The notes under the pieces are model-generated. The model did no database searches. It saw only the letters and a program-made list of their open reading frames with translations, and was not told the origin of the DNA. From Dubosiella newyorkensis (GTDB lineage: Bacteria > Bacillota_I > Bacilli_A > Erysipelotrichales > Erysipelotrichaceae), in contig NZ_MPKA01000045.1 in assembly GCF_001945605.1 (NCBI RefSeq), positions 1 through 32,000 of the forward strand: DNA of 32,000 nt. The letters are read 5' to 3'. The position numbers and the translations under genes were made by a program. This document shows, piece after piece, positions 17,644-26,950 of the stretch (position 1 is the stretch's first letter; each line of letters starts with the position of its first letter).

Positions 17644-17921
17644 GCTGGCGAACTTGTATCGCCAACCTTTTTAAATTCCTGCACCGCCAAAAACCAACAA
17701 TGCCGCGCCTCCCTCTCCTTTTTTTCTTTCTCAAAGATCTTCGCCTCCATGCAATACACAAGCGCCAACATCCTAGAAGGCTCCCGGTCCTTCTCTAAAA
17801 GCTTCTTCGCGTCCTTCAAAACAAAACGCGCGCTCTTGCATTTGTTTTTCTCCAACAATTCCTCAGCATCCTTCATGCACCGGGAAATATAAGAAAACGT
17901 CCGCTGATTATAAAACTTCAT
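17616..17921 (-). CDS. Hypothetical protein (101 aa), terminal ORF of the hem operon
   Basis: The ATG overlaps the stop of the upstream GHMP-kinase gene by 14 nt. The protein is K/E-rich and looks helical. Its 3' end overlaps the convergent thpR by 28 nt and contains the thpR terminator, which lowers confidence. Confidence 0.45.
   Translation of the reverse strand: MKFYNQRTFSYISRCMKDAEELLEKNKCKSARFVLKDAKKLLEKDREPSRMLALVYCMEAKIFEKEKKEREARHCWFLAVQEFKKVGDTSSPAYLEAFHKA
17643..17672 (+). terminator. Intrinsic terminator after thpR
   Basis: The sequence is GGCTGGCGA-acttgta-TCGCCAACC, a 9-bp stem with one mismatch, followed by TTTTT. Its first base is the last base of the TAG stop (17641-17643). 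Confidence 0.6.
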
Positions 17922-19176
17922 CCAAACCCGTCACTTCCACACAACCAAAAGGACGTACATGCACCACCTTCGTGCTCCCCGCACCAAAAAAATGATCCAT
18001 CTTTTCCTTAAAGTCCTCGATCGCCTCGTTTTTCACATACGCTTGGATCGTCCCATCCTCCCCTTCGCCATGGATCCGACACAAACCATTCCCCTTCAAC
18101 ACGCTTTGACAAAGCGCCAACGCCAGCCCCAAAGAAGGTATGCTTTTTTCCGCGCTTAAAGACGTCTGCGCCAACAAACTCACCAACGCCCCCTTATCCC
18201 TCTTCTCTAAAGCCTCGACCATATGCGGGATCCGCTCCACTTCCGAAAAAAAGTGCGCCGCCCGAATCAAAACCTCATCCTTGAATTCGCTCCGCAAATC
18301 CGGGATCGCCTCATAAAACGCACACACATCCACATCCCTAAGCGCTTCTTCCCCAAAATAAACAGCCAGCCCCTTCAACTCCTCTTGCGCCCGCTGCACA
18401 TCCTTGATCAACGCCTGCTCATTCACATTCGTATTGACAAGACACAAACAAAACCCAAGATCCTTCAAAGTCCCCTCGATCTTTTGATAAGAAGGATGCT
18501 GTACATCCGCAAAATCCAAAGCCATCAAGCCACCAAGCGCGCAACCAAGCTGATCCTTCATGCTTCCAGGCTTACGATAATACACATTCTCCGCAAACTG
18601 GCCCGCCTTCGCCAAATCAAAAGCCGAAATCCTCCCCTCGTTGTATAACGAAGAAAGGATCGAAGCAATCAACACCTCAAAAGAAGCCAAAGCCGACAAT
18701 CCCGCTCCCACGATCACATCACTCAAAATATACGCCTTAAAACCCCCCACCCGATAGCCTTTGCGCTTCAAGTATTCCACGATCCCACGCACGATGCCCA
18801 CCAACGTTCGCGCCTCGTACATCCGCTTGATCGTATCGTTCGTATCCACCTGCTCCATATCAAAATCTTGCGAAACGATCTCAATGATCGAATCCTCGCT
18901 CTTGTTCACGATCGCGATCGTATCGAGATCGATCGAAGAAGCAAGGATCCTCCCATGCGAAATATCCGTATGCATCCCAGCCAGCTGACAACGAGAAGGC
19001 GATGAAAACAAAAAAACCTCCTCATCCCCATCATAAATCTGCGCATACGCATCTAACGCCCTCACATACCGATCCACTTGCGCATTTGGATCTTGATACA
19101 ACCGACCCAAGATCCCATCCATCTCATGCGCTAAAAAGCGCTCCTTCAAACGCACCACCTGCTCCATCCTGCGCAC
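17908..19176 (-). CDS. GHMP-family kinase, galactokinase-like
   Basis: A galactokinase-like N-terminal motif reads SPSRCQLAGMHTDISHG (compare PGRVNLIGEHTDY). A GHMP phosphate-binding-like loop reads VGAGLSALASFEV. The track start is a GTG at 19176. An alternative ATG at 19167 has an AAGGTG SD. Confidence 0.65.
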   Translation of the reverse strand: MRRMEQVVRLKERFLAHEMDGILGRLYQDPNAQVDRYVRALDAYAQIYDGDEEVFLFSSPSRCQLAGMHTDISHGRILASSIDLDTIAIVNKSEDSIIEIVSQDFDMEQVDTNDTIKRMYEARTLVGIVRGIVEYLKRKGYRVGGFKAYILSDVIVGAGLSALASFEVLIASILSSLYNEGRISAFDLAKAGQFAENVYYRKPGSMKDQLGCALGGLMALDFADVQHPSYQKIEGTLKDLGFCLCLVNTNVNEQALIKDVQRAQEELKGLAVYFGEEALRDVDVCAFYEAIPDLRSEFKDEVLIRAAHFFSEVERIPHMVEALEKRDKGALVSLLAQTSLSAEKSIPSLGLALALCQSVLKGNGLCRIHGEGEDGTIQAYVKNEAIEDFKEKMDHFFGAGSTKVVHVRPFGCVEVTGLDEVL

Positions 19177-19179
19177 CTT

Positions 19180-20088
19180 TTATCCTTTCATTTTCTCCAC
19201 TTGCGCCCGCACCGAAGACGTACACACCCTACAATTCGAGCACCCATTACAAATCATCCGATTTCCGCACGAAAAACAATGCTCACGAAACGAAGGCACA
19301 TACAAATCCGACTTCGGGATCTCAAGACCAAGAGAATCGAACAAACGCCATACGATCGGCTTCCCCTCCACATTCACATTCGCCCGATGTGCCATGATCG
19401 CCTGCAAGCCTTTATTCGGCATCCGATACACCTTGCCCTCCTTGACAAAACGCGTCCCCGTCTCGATAAAGACAAACCGAACATCCGCCTCTTGGCATTG
19501 CTTCGAAAGAAACTGCACCCACTCGAACCGACACTCTCTTTCGCCCCCATAATTCTCGCCCCCGCAAACGACCTGCTCGATCCAGCCCTCCTTCAAAAAC
19601 GAAGAAAGATCGACCTCGCCAAGCATCGGCGTCACCATGACTCCCTTATGTTTAGCCGGGATCTCGCGCAAGATCTTCAAACGCTCCTCGGCACGCTTTT
19701 GATTCTCGCAAGCCACATTCAAAAACACATTCTCATACCCATCTTCCCAATCGTCTGGCAAGCATTCCATGATCCGATCCGCCCTTTTCGTCAACAAGAA
19801 AAAGATCACATCCCGCCGCCAAGAGATCATATCCCACGCCTCTTGGCGCCAAGGATCCGCCTCCTTTAAAAAGAAGTCCGACATCATGCACACCCGAAGC
19901 ATCTCCCCGCTCTTGATCTTGAACGAACCATCCCGCTCCTTTTGTATAGGATAGTTGAACTTCGTCTTTACTTTATAAATATCCGACCCATGTTTGCCCC
20001 GCATCGCATCCAAATAATACATATAGCAGTTTTGACACCCTTCCGAATACTTTCGGCACCCATGCCACGGATTCCAAATATCATGCAT
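19180..20088 (-). CDS. DUF5131 (phage Gp37/Gp68) family protein
   Basis: The N-terminus, MHDIWNPWHGCRKYSEGCQNCYMY, matches the family hallmark WNP--GC-----GC--CY. A second cysteine cluster near the C-terminus reads CFSCGNRMICNGCSNCRVC. A GAGGGAAG SD is present. The start overlaps the upstream gene by 8 nt. Confidence 0.7.
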   Translation of the reverse strand: MHDIWNPWHGCRKYSEGCQNCYMYYLDAMRGKHGSDIYKVKTKFNYPIQKERDGSFKIKSGEMLRVCMMSDFFLKEADPWRQEAWDMISWRRDVIFFLLTKRADRIMECLPDDWEDGYENVFLNVACENQKRAEERLKILREIPAKHKGVMVTPMLGEVDLSSFLKEGWIEQVVCGGENYGGERECRFEWVQFLSKQCQEADVRFVFIETGTRFVKEGKVYRMPNKGLQAIMAHRANVNVEGKPIVWRLFDSLGLEIPKSDLYVPSFREHCFSCGNRMICNGCSNCRVCTSSVRAQVEKMKG

Positions 20089-21148
20089 CGACTTCCCTCA
20101 ATCGATCCTGCACTATCTCAAGTTCAAACAAACACCAAAAAGGAACGACCACACGAAGCCCTTTCTTACGCGCTTTCTCGACCTTCCTCTTCAAATCTTG
20201 AACGTGCTTGCCTTCGAGCATGAACAAAGGCACCACCACGTTGATCTGATTCCGCTTCAAAGGCAAAGGATCCACACACTCGCACACTTGTCCCTTCTGC
20301 ACAAAATGTTCGATCTTTTTTTGAAACGCGTGATCGCGAGTGGGATGAAGCACAAAGATCGCGTTCGCTTCATCAAAAGGCGCAACGATCCGCCTCCATA
20401 GCTTTTCGTCGAACAAAAGCGGCAAACACGATACAGGAAGCTTCAAACATTGATAATACAAATACCCCTCGAACAAAAACATCGGCTGCACGACAAGCGA
20501 GATCGAAAGCAAACGACAAACAGAAAACAACGCCTCGATTTTCTCCTCCATATAAAAAGCCGCCATATCTTCACGCAGATGGTGTTGAAGACAAGAAAGA
20601 TCCATACTCGATTTGGCAAACAAAACCACGATCCCCTTTTTCTTGTCAAGAAGACGAACAAGCCAATCCAGCTGTTCTTTGGAAAGCTCCAACAAATATG
20701 CCAGCGCCTTCTTGTCCCCAATCAAATGAGGCCGCAACAAAGACAGATCCAAAAGCCTTCTTTCCCAATTCGCCCTAAATTCATTCTCTATCCAAGGATC
20801 GAAGGCGCGATAGAACATTGGAAAGGCACCCCTCGTGCTATAGGCGAGCGAAAAACGATCGAGATCGAGCGAATGCATCCGATGCAGGCTCGCCTTTTCA
20901 TCCAAGTCGACACTTTGCGAAAATATCCGTCTTTCATTGACATACTCGACAAGAGCATGATTAAAATCCGGATCGGTCGTGCACGCCACCACAAGATCCA
21001 TCCCCTCTACATCCGACCACTTAAAATCAAGATCTTTATAGACGACGCGCGCCCCTTCTCTTTCATAGCTTTGCGCGATCCGCTTTCCTTGTCTTCCCCA
21101 TCCGACAATGAGCACGTTTCTTTCTTTCCAATCGAGCGAAACGATCAT
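20081..21148 (-). CDS. Putative bifunctional precorrin-2 dehydrogenase (SirC/Met8-like) plus class II chelatase (CbiX-like)
   Basis: The N-terminus has a Rossmann-like motif (VLIVGWGRQGKR). It then follows the SirC-like pattern LVVACTTDPDFNHALV...SQSVDLDEKASLH...LAYSTRGAFPMF. The C-terminal half has two chelatase-like repeats, VQPMFLFEGYLY and VVPLFMLEGKHVQDL. The start overlaps the hemL stop as ATGA. Confidence 0.5.
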   Translation of the reverse strand: MIVSLDWKERNVLIVGWGRQGKRIAQSYEREGARVVYKDLDFKWSDVEGMDLVVACTTDPDFNHALVEYVNERRIFSQSVDLDEKASLHRMHSLDLDRFSLAYSTRGAFPMFYRAFDPWIENEFRANWERRLLDLSLLRPHLIGDKKALAYLLELSKEQLDWLVRLLDKKKGIVVLFAKSSMDLSCLQHHLREDMAAFYMEEKIEALFSVCRLLSISLVVQPMFLFEGYLYYQCLKLPVSCLPLLFDEKLWRRIVAPFDEANAIFVLHPTRDHAFQKKIEHFVQKGQVCECVDPLPLKRNQINVVVPLFMLEGKHVQDLKRKVEKARKKGLRVVVPFWCLFELEIVQDRLREVDA

Positions 21149-22434
21149 ACGCGAAACTCTTCCATGACTTCTTTGAACGCTTGGATCGTCACATCCATAT
21201 CGTTTTTCGTGAGCGCCGAAGAAATAAACATCGCCTCGAATTGACTAGGCGCCAATAAGATGCCTCGCTCTAGCATGCCTTTAAAATATTTTGCATACTT
21301 CTTCGTATCGCAACGTTGCACCTCTTTAAAATCATGCGGAACGGAATCCATAAAAAAGAGCGTCATCAAAGAATGGTTGCGCACAAGCGTGAAAGGAAGC
21401 CGATTGGCATCGAGGATCTTTTGAAAATGCGCTTGCAAATAAGCTCCTTTTTCCTCGATCAGATCATAGACCGCCGGATTGTGCTTTAAATAATCGAGCA
21501 TCACCTTGCCTGCCTGCATCGCCAACGGATTGCCTGAAAGCGTCCCGGCCTGATACACCGGCCCGCTTGGTGAAACACAAGCCATGATCTCTTTCTTACC
21601 ACCATAGGCCCCAACAGGAAAGCCCGCCCCGATGATCTTGCCAAAACAAGCGAGGTCCGGAACGATCCCATAATAGCCCGCCGCCCCTTCGTAGCTGATC
21701 CGAAAGCCTGTGATCACTTCATCAAAGATCAAGACGATCGAATGCTTCGTGCACAATTCTCTTAACCCCTCTAAAAAACCAGGCTCTGGCGAAACAACGC
21801 CCATATTGCCGCACACCGGCTCGACGATCAAGCCCGCGATCGCATCCGGATTGGCATCGATCAGCGCCTTGACAGAATCCAAGTCGTTATAGGTGGCCAC
21901 CAACGTGTTTTTTACGACATCCTCCGGCACCCCTGGCGAAGTGGGCACGCCAAAAGTCAGAGCGCCCGATCCGCTTGAAACGAGCAAGCCATCGCTGTGG
22001 CCATGATAGCACCCTTCAAACTTGATGATCTTGTCTTTGCGCGTATAGCCTCGAGCAAGACGAATGGCCGACATCGTCGCTTCCGTGCCGGAATTGACCA
22101 TCCGCACTTCGTCGACGCCAGGATACGCCTCCACGATCCGCTTGGCCACCTCGACCTCGATCCAGCTTGGAAGGCCATAGCTGATCCCATCTTTGATGTG
22201 AGCTTCGATCGCTTCATTGATGATATGCGCCCCATGGCCTAGAAGCATCGGTCCCCACGAAGCGATATAGTCGATATAGTGGCGTCCATCTTCCGCGAAC
22301 AAATGCGCGCCTTGCGCTTTGCGAATAAAGATCGGATCGCATCCAACCGCCTGAAACGCGCGAACCGGCGAGTTGACTCCGCCAGGAATATATTGCTTAG
22401 CCTCTTCATAGAGGTCGTGATTGTTTTTGAGCAT
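21145..22434 (-). CDS. hemL: Glutamate-1-semialdehyde 2,1-aminomutase
   Basis: The N-terminus reads IPGGVNSPVRAF. The profile is aminotransferase class III throughout (SGTEA, FDEVITGFR, and GKIIGAGFPVGAYGG carrying the PLP lysine). The size is 429 aa. Confidence 0.9.
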   Translation of the reverse strand: MLKNNHDLYEEAKQYIPGGVNSPVRAFQAVGCDPIFIRKAQGAHLFAEDGRHYIDYIASWGPMLLGHGAHIINEAIEAHIKDGISYGLPSWIEVEVAKRIVEAYPGVDEVRMVNSGTEATMSAIRLARGYTRKDKIIKFEGCYHGHSDGLLVSSGSGALTFGVPTSPGVPEDVVKNTLVATYNDLDSVKALIDANPDAIAGLIVEPVCGNMGVVSPEPGFLEGLRELCTKHSIVLIFDEVITGFRISYEGAAGYYGIVPDLACFGKIIGAGFPVGAYGGKKEIMACVSPSGPVYQAGTLSGNPLAMQAGKVMLDYLKHNPAVYDLIEEKGAYLQAHFQKILDANRLPFTLVRNHSLMTLFFMDSVPHDFKEVQRCDTKKYAKYFKGMLERGILLAPSQFEAMFISSALTKNDMDVTIQAFKEVMEEFRV

Positions 22435-23389
22435 ATTGTCTTTTCCCTTCCATTAGCGCGAAATAAGTAATGATCATGGAAGCGCCTGCCCGTTTGAAGG
22501 AGACGAGTGTTTCTTCGATCACCTCTTCTTTGAGCCAGCCATTCAAGATCGCCTGCATGAGCATCGAATATTCGCCACTGACATTGTAAACACAAAAAGG
22601 CACATCGAACCGTTCTTTGGCTGCCTGTAAAATATCTAAATAACACATGGCTGGCTTGATGATGATCGCATCCGCCCCTTCTTGAATGTCGGCTTCGATC
22701 TCGCGCAACGCTTCTTTCCCATTGGCTGGATCCATTTGATAGCTTTTTCGATCCGAAAAGCTTGGGGCCGAGTGGGCCGCGTCTCGAAACGGGCCATAAA
22801 ACTGGCTCGCGTATTTGGCCGCGTAGGATAGGATCGGCACATCCGCGAATCCATTTTCATCCAGCACTTGGCGTATCGCTTCTACACGCCCATCCATCAT
22901 GTCGCTAGGAGCGACCATATCCGCGCCCGCTTCCACATGCGAAAGGGCGATCTTGGCTAGATAGGTGAGCGTCGTATCGTTGAGCACGACTCCTTCTTCA
23001 TCAAGGATCCCACAATGTCCATGATCGGTATATTCACACATGCATACATCGGTGATGACATACAATTCTGGATCGTAGGCTTTGATCGCCCGCACCGCTT
23101 TTTGAATGATCCCCTCTGGCGCGTAGGCTTGCGAGCCGCATGCGTCTTTATGAGCCGGGATCCCGAACAAAAGGCAAGCGCGCACCCCATACTTTTTCAT
23201 TTCATCCAACAATGGCGGAAGCTGGTCGATCGAATATTGAAATTGGCCAGGCATGCTTTCGATCGGGGCGCAGATCCCTTCTCCTTCCTGCACGAAGATC
23301 GGATAGATCAAATCGTCCATCCGCACATGATTTTCCCGGACGAGGGCGCGGATCTCTTTATTTTTTCTTAGTCTTCTTCCTCTATACAT
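22406..23389 (-). CDS. hemB: Porphobilinogen synthase (delta-aminolevulinic acid dehydratase)
   Basis: RRLRKNKEIRALVRE, LIYPIFV, the cysteine-rich metal site DVCMCEYTDHGHCG and the active-site region IIKPA are all typical of HemB. The size is 327 aa. Confidence 0.9.
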   Translation of the reverse strand: MYRGRRLRKNKEIRALVRENHVRMDDLIYPIFVQEGEGICAPIESMPGQFQYSIDQLPPLLDEMKKYGVRACLLFGIPAHKDACGSQAYAPEGIIQKAVRAIKAYDPELYVITDVCMCEYTDHGHCGILDEEGVVLNDTTLTYLAKIALSHVEAGADMVAPSDMMDGRVEAIRQVLDENGFADVPILSYAAKYASQFYGPFRDAAHSAPSFSDRKSYQMDPANGKEALREIEADIQEGADAIIIKPAMCYLDILQAAKERFDVPFCVYNVSGEYSMLMQAILNGWLKEEVIEETLVSFKRAGASMIITYFALMEGKRQYAQKQSRPL

Positions 23390-24795
23390 TTTTTTCTCTT
23401 TACTCCTTTTACTGCTTCTACGATCGATTCATAGCTCGCTTCTTTAGCGCAAGAGACATTTGAATATCCGCGCGCTAAGAGCGCTTTTTCGCTTTGCGGA
23501 CCGATCGCGATATAATAGCGGGCATTGATCTTATGCGTTTCGAGCACATCGACAGCCGCTTTGCTCGTACAGATCGCCACATCATAAAGGCTGGCGCGAG
23601 GCTGGATCGGCTTTTTCTTGTTCGAATACAAGACCACGATCTTCTCTTGGCCCCTAAAGCCTTTCACCCCTTCTAGATTCGAGGCGCTATGCGGGATCAA
23701 GATCTTAGAAGCGGGTAGCCGCTTTTTTAAAGAATCGACATTCCCTTCGCCGATACAGTCGGCATACAAACCATATTCTTGCAGAACTTGGGCGCTTTTT
23801 TCACCCACGAGAGCGAGCTTTGGCAATGTTCGAACATCGACCTTTTCGCAAGCCATCCACTCCATAAAGAAGCGGATCGCGCTAGGCGAAGTCAAGACGA
23901 TCCAATCGTAGTCCACCAAATCGATGTCTTGCATATTTTCAAAATGGGGACATTGTTCAAAGGCGATGGGGGCGTCCACTTGGGCGCCAAGCTCTTGCAG
24001 TGTGGATGCCAGTTCGAGACGCGAAGATAGGCGCGGATAAAAGATCGAGAGCCCAGAGAGCTCTTGGCGAGAAAACCAATCGAGCGCTTGGCGTTTTTGA
24101 ACGACTTCTCCTACTACGATCAAAAGGGGCGCTGTGATCGATTCGAGATCTTGCGTCAAGATCGTCGACATCCTTCCGCTTACTACACGCTGATCAAAAC
24201 AGGTCGCATTCGAGATCAGGGCGATGGGCCGATCGCTTCCTCGTTTTAAATATTCATGCACGATTTCAGGAAGCGAGGAGCGCCCCATCAAAAAGACGAC
24301 CGTATCGTTCGTGTTCGCCAATTCATCAAAGGGCAGATCGTTGCGTTTCTTTTCTTGCGTATAGGCGGTATAGACGCGAAAACCACGAGAGAGGCCGCGA
24401 TACGTGATCGGGATGCCTGCATAGCTCAAGCCAGCGATGCAAGAGGAGATGCCAGGAACCACCTCGAATGGGATCCCTTTTTCATACAGGAATTCGCCTT
24501 CTTCCCCGCCTCTTCCAAACACGTAAGGATCGCCGCCCTTTAAGCGGACGATGCAGGAATACTCTTGAGCGAGCTGTTCTAACCATTCGTGGATCGTTTG
24601 CTGGCTTGTAGAGAGGCCATGGCCTTTTTTGCCGACATAAATTTTTCGGCAGGAGCAAGAGCACGCATCTAAGAGGCGTTCATCGAGCAAATGATCGTAT
24701 AAAACACAATCGGCTTGTTCAATCAGCGCTTGGGCGCGCAAAGAAACGAGGCCTGGATCTCCACAGCCTACACCGACCAAGTATACTTTAGCCAT
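23368..24795 (-). CDS. cobA/hemD: Bifunctional uroporphyrinogen-III C-methyltransferase / uroporphyrinogen-III synthase
   Basis: The N-terminal SUMT motifs are VYLVGVGCGDPGLVSLRA and RLKGGDPYVFGRGGEE. The C-terminal region of about 230 aa is HemD-like. An AAAGGAGA SD is present. Confidence 0.85.
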   Translation of the reverse strand: MAKVYLVGVGCGDPGLVSLRAQALIEQADCVLYDHLLDERLLDACSCSCRKIYVGKKGHGLSTSQQTIHEWLEQLAQEYSCIVRLKGGDPYVFGRGGEEGEFLYEKGIPFEVVPGISSCIAGLSYAGIPITYRGLSRGFRVYTAYTQEKKRNDLPFDELANTNDTVVFLMGRSSLPEIVHEYLKRGSDRPIALISNATCFDQRVVSGRMSTILTQDLESITAPLLIVVGEVVQKRQALDWFSRQELSGLSIFYPRLSSRLELASTLQELGAQVDAPIAFEQCPHFENMQDIDLVDYDWIVLTSPSAIRFFMEWMACEKVDVRTLPKLALVGEKSAQVLQEYGLYADCIGEGNVDSLKKRLPASKILIPHSASNLEGVKGFRGQEKIVVLYSNKKKPIQPRASLYDVAICTSKAAVDVLETHKINARYYIAIGPQSEKALLARGYSNVSCAKEASYESIVEAVKGVKRKKCIEEED

Positions 24796-25660
24796 TCCAA
24801 TCTCCTTTCACGCTCAAAATCGCTTTGGCTAGAAGCCGGCCTGGATCCTTTTCTTGAAAGGTGTAGCGGCCGATCGAATCCGTATCGCCATAGACGATAT
24901 CGAGCGTTTGTGTTTTTGGATCATAGAGCGCGCCAATCGGTGTATGGCAGGAGCCATCCATCGCTGTTAAGAATGCGCGTTCTATGCGTGCGCTTTGGTC
25001 TATCACCTCGTTTTTAAGCTTGGAAAACAGGGCGTAGAGTTCTTGATTTTCCGCTAACAGCTCGACGGCCAGCACGCCTTGTCCACATGCGCCTAAGCAC
25101 TCTTCCTTCGTAAAGACTTGCGTGATGCGCTCTTCTAGGCCTAATCGTTTCAAGCCCGCGCTTGCGAGGACGAGCCCATCGTATTCGCCTTCGTCCAGTT
25201 TTTTCAGGCGGGTGAGCACGTTGCCGCGAATGTTTCGATAGACTAGATCGTTCCTAAGCGCTTTGAGCTGCAATTCTCGGCGCAAAGAGCCCGTTCCAAT
25301 GATCGAGCCAGAGGGAAGATGATAAAAATCGGCTGAATTACTGATGAAGCAGTCGCTTGGATCGGCGCGAAGACAAAAAGGAGCCAAGCAGAACATAGGA
25401 TCGAGCTGGCTAGGAAGATCTTTGAGAGAATGGACGGCAAGATCGATCTTTTTGTCTCGCAAGGCGTCTTCGATTTCTTGGGTGAACAAGCCTTTTTGAC
25501 CAATTTCATGGAGCGGCTTATCTAGGATCTTGTCTCCTTTGGTGGAAAATGGCACGATTTCATAGCGGATGCTTGGATCCACGCTTTGCAGGAAGCGGCC
25601 AATTTCATGGCTTTGAGCGAGCGCGAGCTTGCTTGCTCTCGATCCGATTTTAAGATACAT
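24788..25660 (-). CDS. hemC: Hydroxymethylbilane synthase (porphobilinogen deaminase)
   Basis: MYLKIGSRASKLALAQ, IVPFSTKGDK, AVHSLKDLP and RGNVLTRLKKL are canonical HemC motifs. The ATG at 25660 has an AAGGAGGA SD 8 nt upstream. The ORF-track start at 25690 lies upstream of that SD and adds 10 non-conserved residues. Confidence 0.9.
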   Translation of the reverse strand: MYLKIGSRASKLALAQSHEIGRFLQSVDPSIRYEIVPFSTKGDKILDKPLHEIGQKGLFTQEIEDALRDKKIDLAVHSLKDLPSQLDPMFCLAPFCLRADPSDCFISNSADFYHLPSGSIIGTGSLRRELQLKALRNDLVYRNIRGNVLTRLKKLDEGEYDGLVLASAGLKRLGLEERITQVFTKEECLGACGQGVLAVELLAENQELYALFSKLKNEVIDQSARIERAFLTAMDGSCHTPIGALYDPKTQTLDIVYGDTDSIGRYTFQEKDPGRLLAKAILSVKGDWNG

Positions 25661-26828
25661 GGTATTCTTCCTCCTTTTCTTCCAAATCAAATAGCGCTTT
25701 GAGCATCGGGTGATAGTGTTCTTGATCGCCTTTCACGTTTTGAAGGGGTGTTTTAAGCAAGCGGAACAAGGCGGCTTGCACGCTTTGGGCAGCGAGGCGT
25801 TGTTCGCGTTCGTTCAAGTCGAGCTTGCGTCTTAAATAGAGGCTCGTGTCGTTGGCGATCGTGTCGATTTGTTCATGAAGCGTTTGGATCGTCTCTTTCG
25901 TATCTTGCCTCGTTTCCCATGCTTTGAACTCTTGAATAAAGTGTTCGATGCGCTCTTGGATGTATTCAAGATTTTCTTGGCGAAACGATAAATTGCGCTT
26001 GGAGAGGACGGCAAACGTATCGAGCGTATATATTTCTTGGTCTATGGCGCCAAGCAAGTTGCGTGGCGAAGATAGATCGAGAAGCATCGTCTCTTTGGAT
26101 AGGGATCTTGTATCGAGCACGATATGGGGGGCGGAAGTGGCGGCGATGACGACATCGGCTTGTTGGGCGTATTGTTCTTTAGCCTCAAAAGGGATCGGGG
26201 CAAGTTCGATTCCTTCGCGCAAAAAACAAGAAATTTGTTCTTGGCGGCGCAAGGCGACATGGACGGTGGCGTTGGTGTTTTGTAAGTGGGCGACCACTTG
26301 CTGGGCGATCTTTCCACCTCCTAATACGAGGATCCTCCGTTTTCGAAGATCGCCTTTTCTTTTTTTGATTTCCTGCGCGGCTAGATAGCTTAAGGAAAGC
26401 GGGTGTTTGGAAAGCTGATAGTCGCGTCGGCACTCTTTGCCGCAACGGAGCGCTTCTTGAAAAATATGATGGAGCGCGGCATCGAAGTCATAGCTCAAGC
26501 AGGCGCGTTCATAGGCCATTTTGAATTGGTGGAGGATCTCATCTTCGCCAAAGATCTGCGAATGGAGTCCATTGACGACTTCGAGCAGATGGCGATACGC
26601 TTCTTGATCTTTGTAGGTGTAGATTTTGATCGGCAAGCCTTGGTAAGCTTGGACGATCCTATCAGGATCGATCGGTTTTTTTGAATAGATCTCGAAGCGA
26701 TGGCATGTCTGCAAGATCAAGCAGGGCTGTCCGATATCTTGGGCAAGCAACATGCATTCTCTTTCGCTGTAATGAACTTGGTCACGTACGGATTGGTCGG
26801 CATCGATGCCAAAAACTTCAAATTCCAT
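25650..26828 (-). CDS. hemA: Glutamyl-tRNA reductase
   Basis: The active-site motif is QTCHRFEIY (canonical TCNR-E-Y). An NADPH Rossmann motif reads VLGGGKIAQQV. An AAGGAGG SD is present. It is the first gene of the hem operon. Confidence 0.85.
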   Translation of the reverse strand: MEFEVFGIDADQSVRDQVHYSERECMLLAQDIGQPCLILQTCHRFEIYSKKPIDPDRIVQAYQGLPIKIYTYKDQEAYRHLLEVVNGLHSQIFGEDEILHQFKMAYERACLSYDFDAALHHIFQEALRCGKECRRDYQLSKHPLSLSYLAAQEIKKRKGDLRKRRILVLGGGKIAQQVVAHLQNTNATVHVALRRQEQISCFLREGIELAPIPFEAKEQYAQQADVVIAATSAPHIVLDTRSLSKETMLLDLSSPRNLLGAIDQEIYTLDTFAVLSKRNLSFRQENLEYIQERIEHFIQEFKAWETRQDTKETIQTLHEQIDTIANDTSLYLRRKLDLNEREQRLAAQSVQAALFRLLKTPLQNVKGDQEHYHPMLKALFDLEEKEEEYHVS

Positions 26829-26950
26829 GGATCCTCCTTTTTCTTCTTTTCATTATAGTGTTTTTCTTGTTCATTTTCGACTTTGCCAATCATCTAGCAT
26901 TCTTTTTTCTTCCGCCTATTTTATAATGGAGAAAACACGAGGTGAAATGT

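Noticed and set aside
15233-21244. A series of long ORFs on the + strand: 15233-15961 (242 aa), 17352-17798 (148 aa), 18223-18648 (141 aa), 19002-19397 (131 aa), 19201-19869 (222 aa) and 20450-21244 (264 aa).
   Set aside because: They overlap, out of frame or antisense, genes with clear family motifs. Their translations are low-complexity and R/P/H/T/K/Q-rich. They are explained by the scarcity of G and T on this strand, which gives few stop codons. They lack convincing ribosome-binding sites.
22239-22646. A 135-aa minus-strand ORF spanning the hemL/hemB junction, together with other internal ORFs in the hem genes (for example 21957-22235, 22636-22860, 22957-23190 and 25243-25509).
   Set aside because: They are out of frame with hemL, hemB and hemC, which have canonical motifs along their full length. 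Their composition is R-rich and looks like an artefact.
21000-23500. The possibility that the skew sign change marks the chromosomal replication origin.
   Set aside because: The polarity fits an origin, but I saw no dnaA or dnaN and no cluster of TTATCCACA-type DnaA boxes. There is also no AT-rich unwinding element. The switch lies inside a contiguous coupled operon. It is kept as an unexplained compositional observation, not as an oriC call.
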